A stretch of DNA of 64,000 nt from Octopus sinensis (Eukaryota): the NCBI RefSeq assembly GCF_006345805.1, contig NC_043004.1, forward strand, positions 62,992,001 through 63,056,000. Reading direction: 5' to 3'. Shown one piece after another: positions 61,979 to 64,000 of this stretch (positions are counted from its first letter, which is position 1; each line of letters starts with the position of its first letter). Under the pieces are notes generated by a model. It was not told the origin of the DNA. It made no database searches and saw only the letters and a program-made list of their open reading frames with translations. The position numbers and the translations under genes were made by a program.

Positions 61979-62240
61979 TTGTTTATACAATGCACTTTAA
62001 TACAGCGTTTATTTATATTCTGCAGTCAATTTCTCTGTCACATCTGAGTTTTCTAATTCCTGATTAATTCATTTAATACATTATTTTTTCCACCCAGTTA
62101 AGAGCGAAGAATTATATAAATATCTCCCGCTGTCTTTTTTTTGTCTATTGCCTCTGTCTCTCACACCATCTCTCCCCCTATCTCTACATATATGTATATA
62201 TATGTGTGTGTGTGTGTATATGTCCTTGTAAATGTATGTG

Positions 62241-62279
<39 letters not shown>

Positions 62280-62711
62280 GGTGAGACAGAGAAACAGAGA
62301 GAGGCATAGCATTATATTATGTCAATTTATTAACTAAAATGAAAGTTACAAGAATGTACATACATGTATAACATACATGTTTTACATATAAAATACATAA
62401 AGATGCCAATACTTACTAAAATATATAACATACAGGAATAGAAATTGGAAAAATATCTTACAGCTGTTTCAGCCAAGAGGAAAAATACCTCATTCTACCT
62501 TTATCCCGCCAGTAGACTGAAGTAATTAGTAGATGAATGTGAGGTACTTGGGTGTTTCTCTAGGCTTTGTCAGAGATTTTAGAAAGTGCATAAGTTTAAG
62601 TTATAAATATAAATCCACAAACATTTACATATTTATACATATACATATGCATACATATGCATACATATACATAAATACATATATCTACACTTAAATGTAC
62701 ATACATATTTG

Positions 62712-62771
<60 letters not shown>

Positions 62772-62772
<1 letters not shown>

Positions 62773-63033
62773 ATTTTTTTTTCTTCTTTCAAATTTGCTT
62801 CCATTTCTTGCCGAGTGTCTTCTCGACCCCTAGGGCAAAGAAACTCATAGTATACATTGGTAGGCCATTAAACCAAACTCAATAGTTCGTTCATTTTTTT
62901 TTTTTTTAAGTTAAATTAAAATACATGGGTAGTAATAGTTCTCACATCGACAATGCTCTTCTCAATTCGGTTCCCTTCTTGATCATTCTTAGTGCTCCTA
63001 CGATCACTGGTATTGTAACCGCCTTGAGATGCC
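62772..63033 (-). mobile_element. Dong-type family D 3' fragment between ATT arrays
   Basis: HLKAVTIPVIVGALRMIKKGTE-LRRALSM* plus ~170-bp 3' UTR; (ATT)n at 62716-62770 and 63034-63140. Confidence 0.75.
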
Positions 63034-63141
<108 letters not shown>

Positions 63142-63341
63142 GATGTATTATACTATTCATATTAGATAAAATATAAATAGAGGTATGAGAAAAGTTATAT
63201 GAGGAGTAATATTGTAATTTATAAAATCAATATATCTTAAAGTTAGTTCAGTTATGCAAAAACGAAACTGCATATACATGAGAAGCATACATATATATAC
63301 ACACATACAGACAGACAGACACACAGACACACACACACACG

Positions 63342-63380
<39 letters not shown>

Positions 63381-63382
<2 letters not shown>

Positions 63383-63688
63383 CACCATCATCATATGACC
63401 GACCAGACCATCAGATGTTGCTACACATCGCTGGTCACAATGCGTTCGCATTGTTTTAGCCTTCGAATGACGCCACCCCGCTGGCTAAGCGAGCAGGCCA
63501 ACAGAAGAAAGATTGAAAGAAAGAGTGGTGAAAGAGTACAGCAGGGATCACCACCCCCGGCCGGAGCGTCGTGGAGCTTTAAGGTGTTTTCGCTCAATAA
63601 GCACACACAACGCCCGGTCTGGGAATCGAAACCGCGGTCCTACGACTGCGAGTTCGCTGCCCTAGCCACTAGGCCATTGCGCCTCCAC
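63381..63688 (-). mobile_element. SINE family 2, tail type b
   Basis: Same tRNA head and body as 48918-49094 but an unrelated 3' segment ending in (GAT)n. Confidence 0.9.
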
Positions 63689-63777
63689 TATATATATATA
63701 TATATGTAGGTCCCGGGTTGATTCGGTGTTAACCACAGTAAATAAGTTACTCAATACATAGCAGAGTAATATTAATT

Positions 63778-63894
63778 TATTATATAGAAGGAGCTTCTAC
63801 AGGACTAGAACTGTTTCATTCAAGAGAAATCTTCAGAAATCTTCCTGAAGATTTCTCTTGAATGAAACAGTTCTAGTCCTGTAGAAGCTCCTTC

Positions 63895-63903
<9 letters not shown>
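63778..63903. repeat. Perfect 59-bp inverted repeat with an 8-nt spacer
   Basis: Arms at 63778-63836 and 63845-63903; spacer AAATCTTC. Confidence 0.97.
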
Positions 63904-63941
<38 letters not shown>

Positions 63942-64000
63942 CACATATATATTTGCGCTCAGGAACACTCATAGGTACATACGCATTATATGTGTTTAGA

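Overview
AT-rich, repeat-dense eukaryotic genomic DNA, most likely from an octopus. The taxon is inferred from the SINE families and microsatellite content as I recall them and was not verified by any search. One host gene is visible: a divergent + strand M13 (neprilysin/ECE-like) metallopeptidase gene that the ORF track misses. Twelve phase-compatible GT-AG exons lie between 22.4 and 61.5 kb, a probable transmembrane exon lies at 21.3 kb, and the catalytic HExxH exons would fall beyond the window. The rest is mostly mobile DNA. (1) At least four families of R4/Dong-type RLE-endonuclease LINEs, all on the minus strand and mostly stacked between (ATT)n arrays, including one near-full-length copy and one internally deleted copy. 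(2) Penelope-like elements of at least three types whose terminal repeats carry about a dozen hammerhead-ribozyme motifs; one terminal repeat also contains a tRNA-like Pol III head. (3) A Chapaev3-like transposon inserted into a TTA array. (4) A Merlin-like non-autonomous element with about 620-bp TIRs and an 8-bp TSD. (5) RTE and L1/Tx1 remnants and three tRNA-derived SINE families. All alignments, folds and family assignments were made by eye, and repeat boundaries are approximate.
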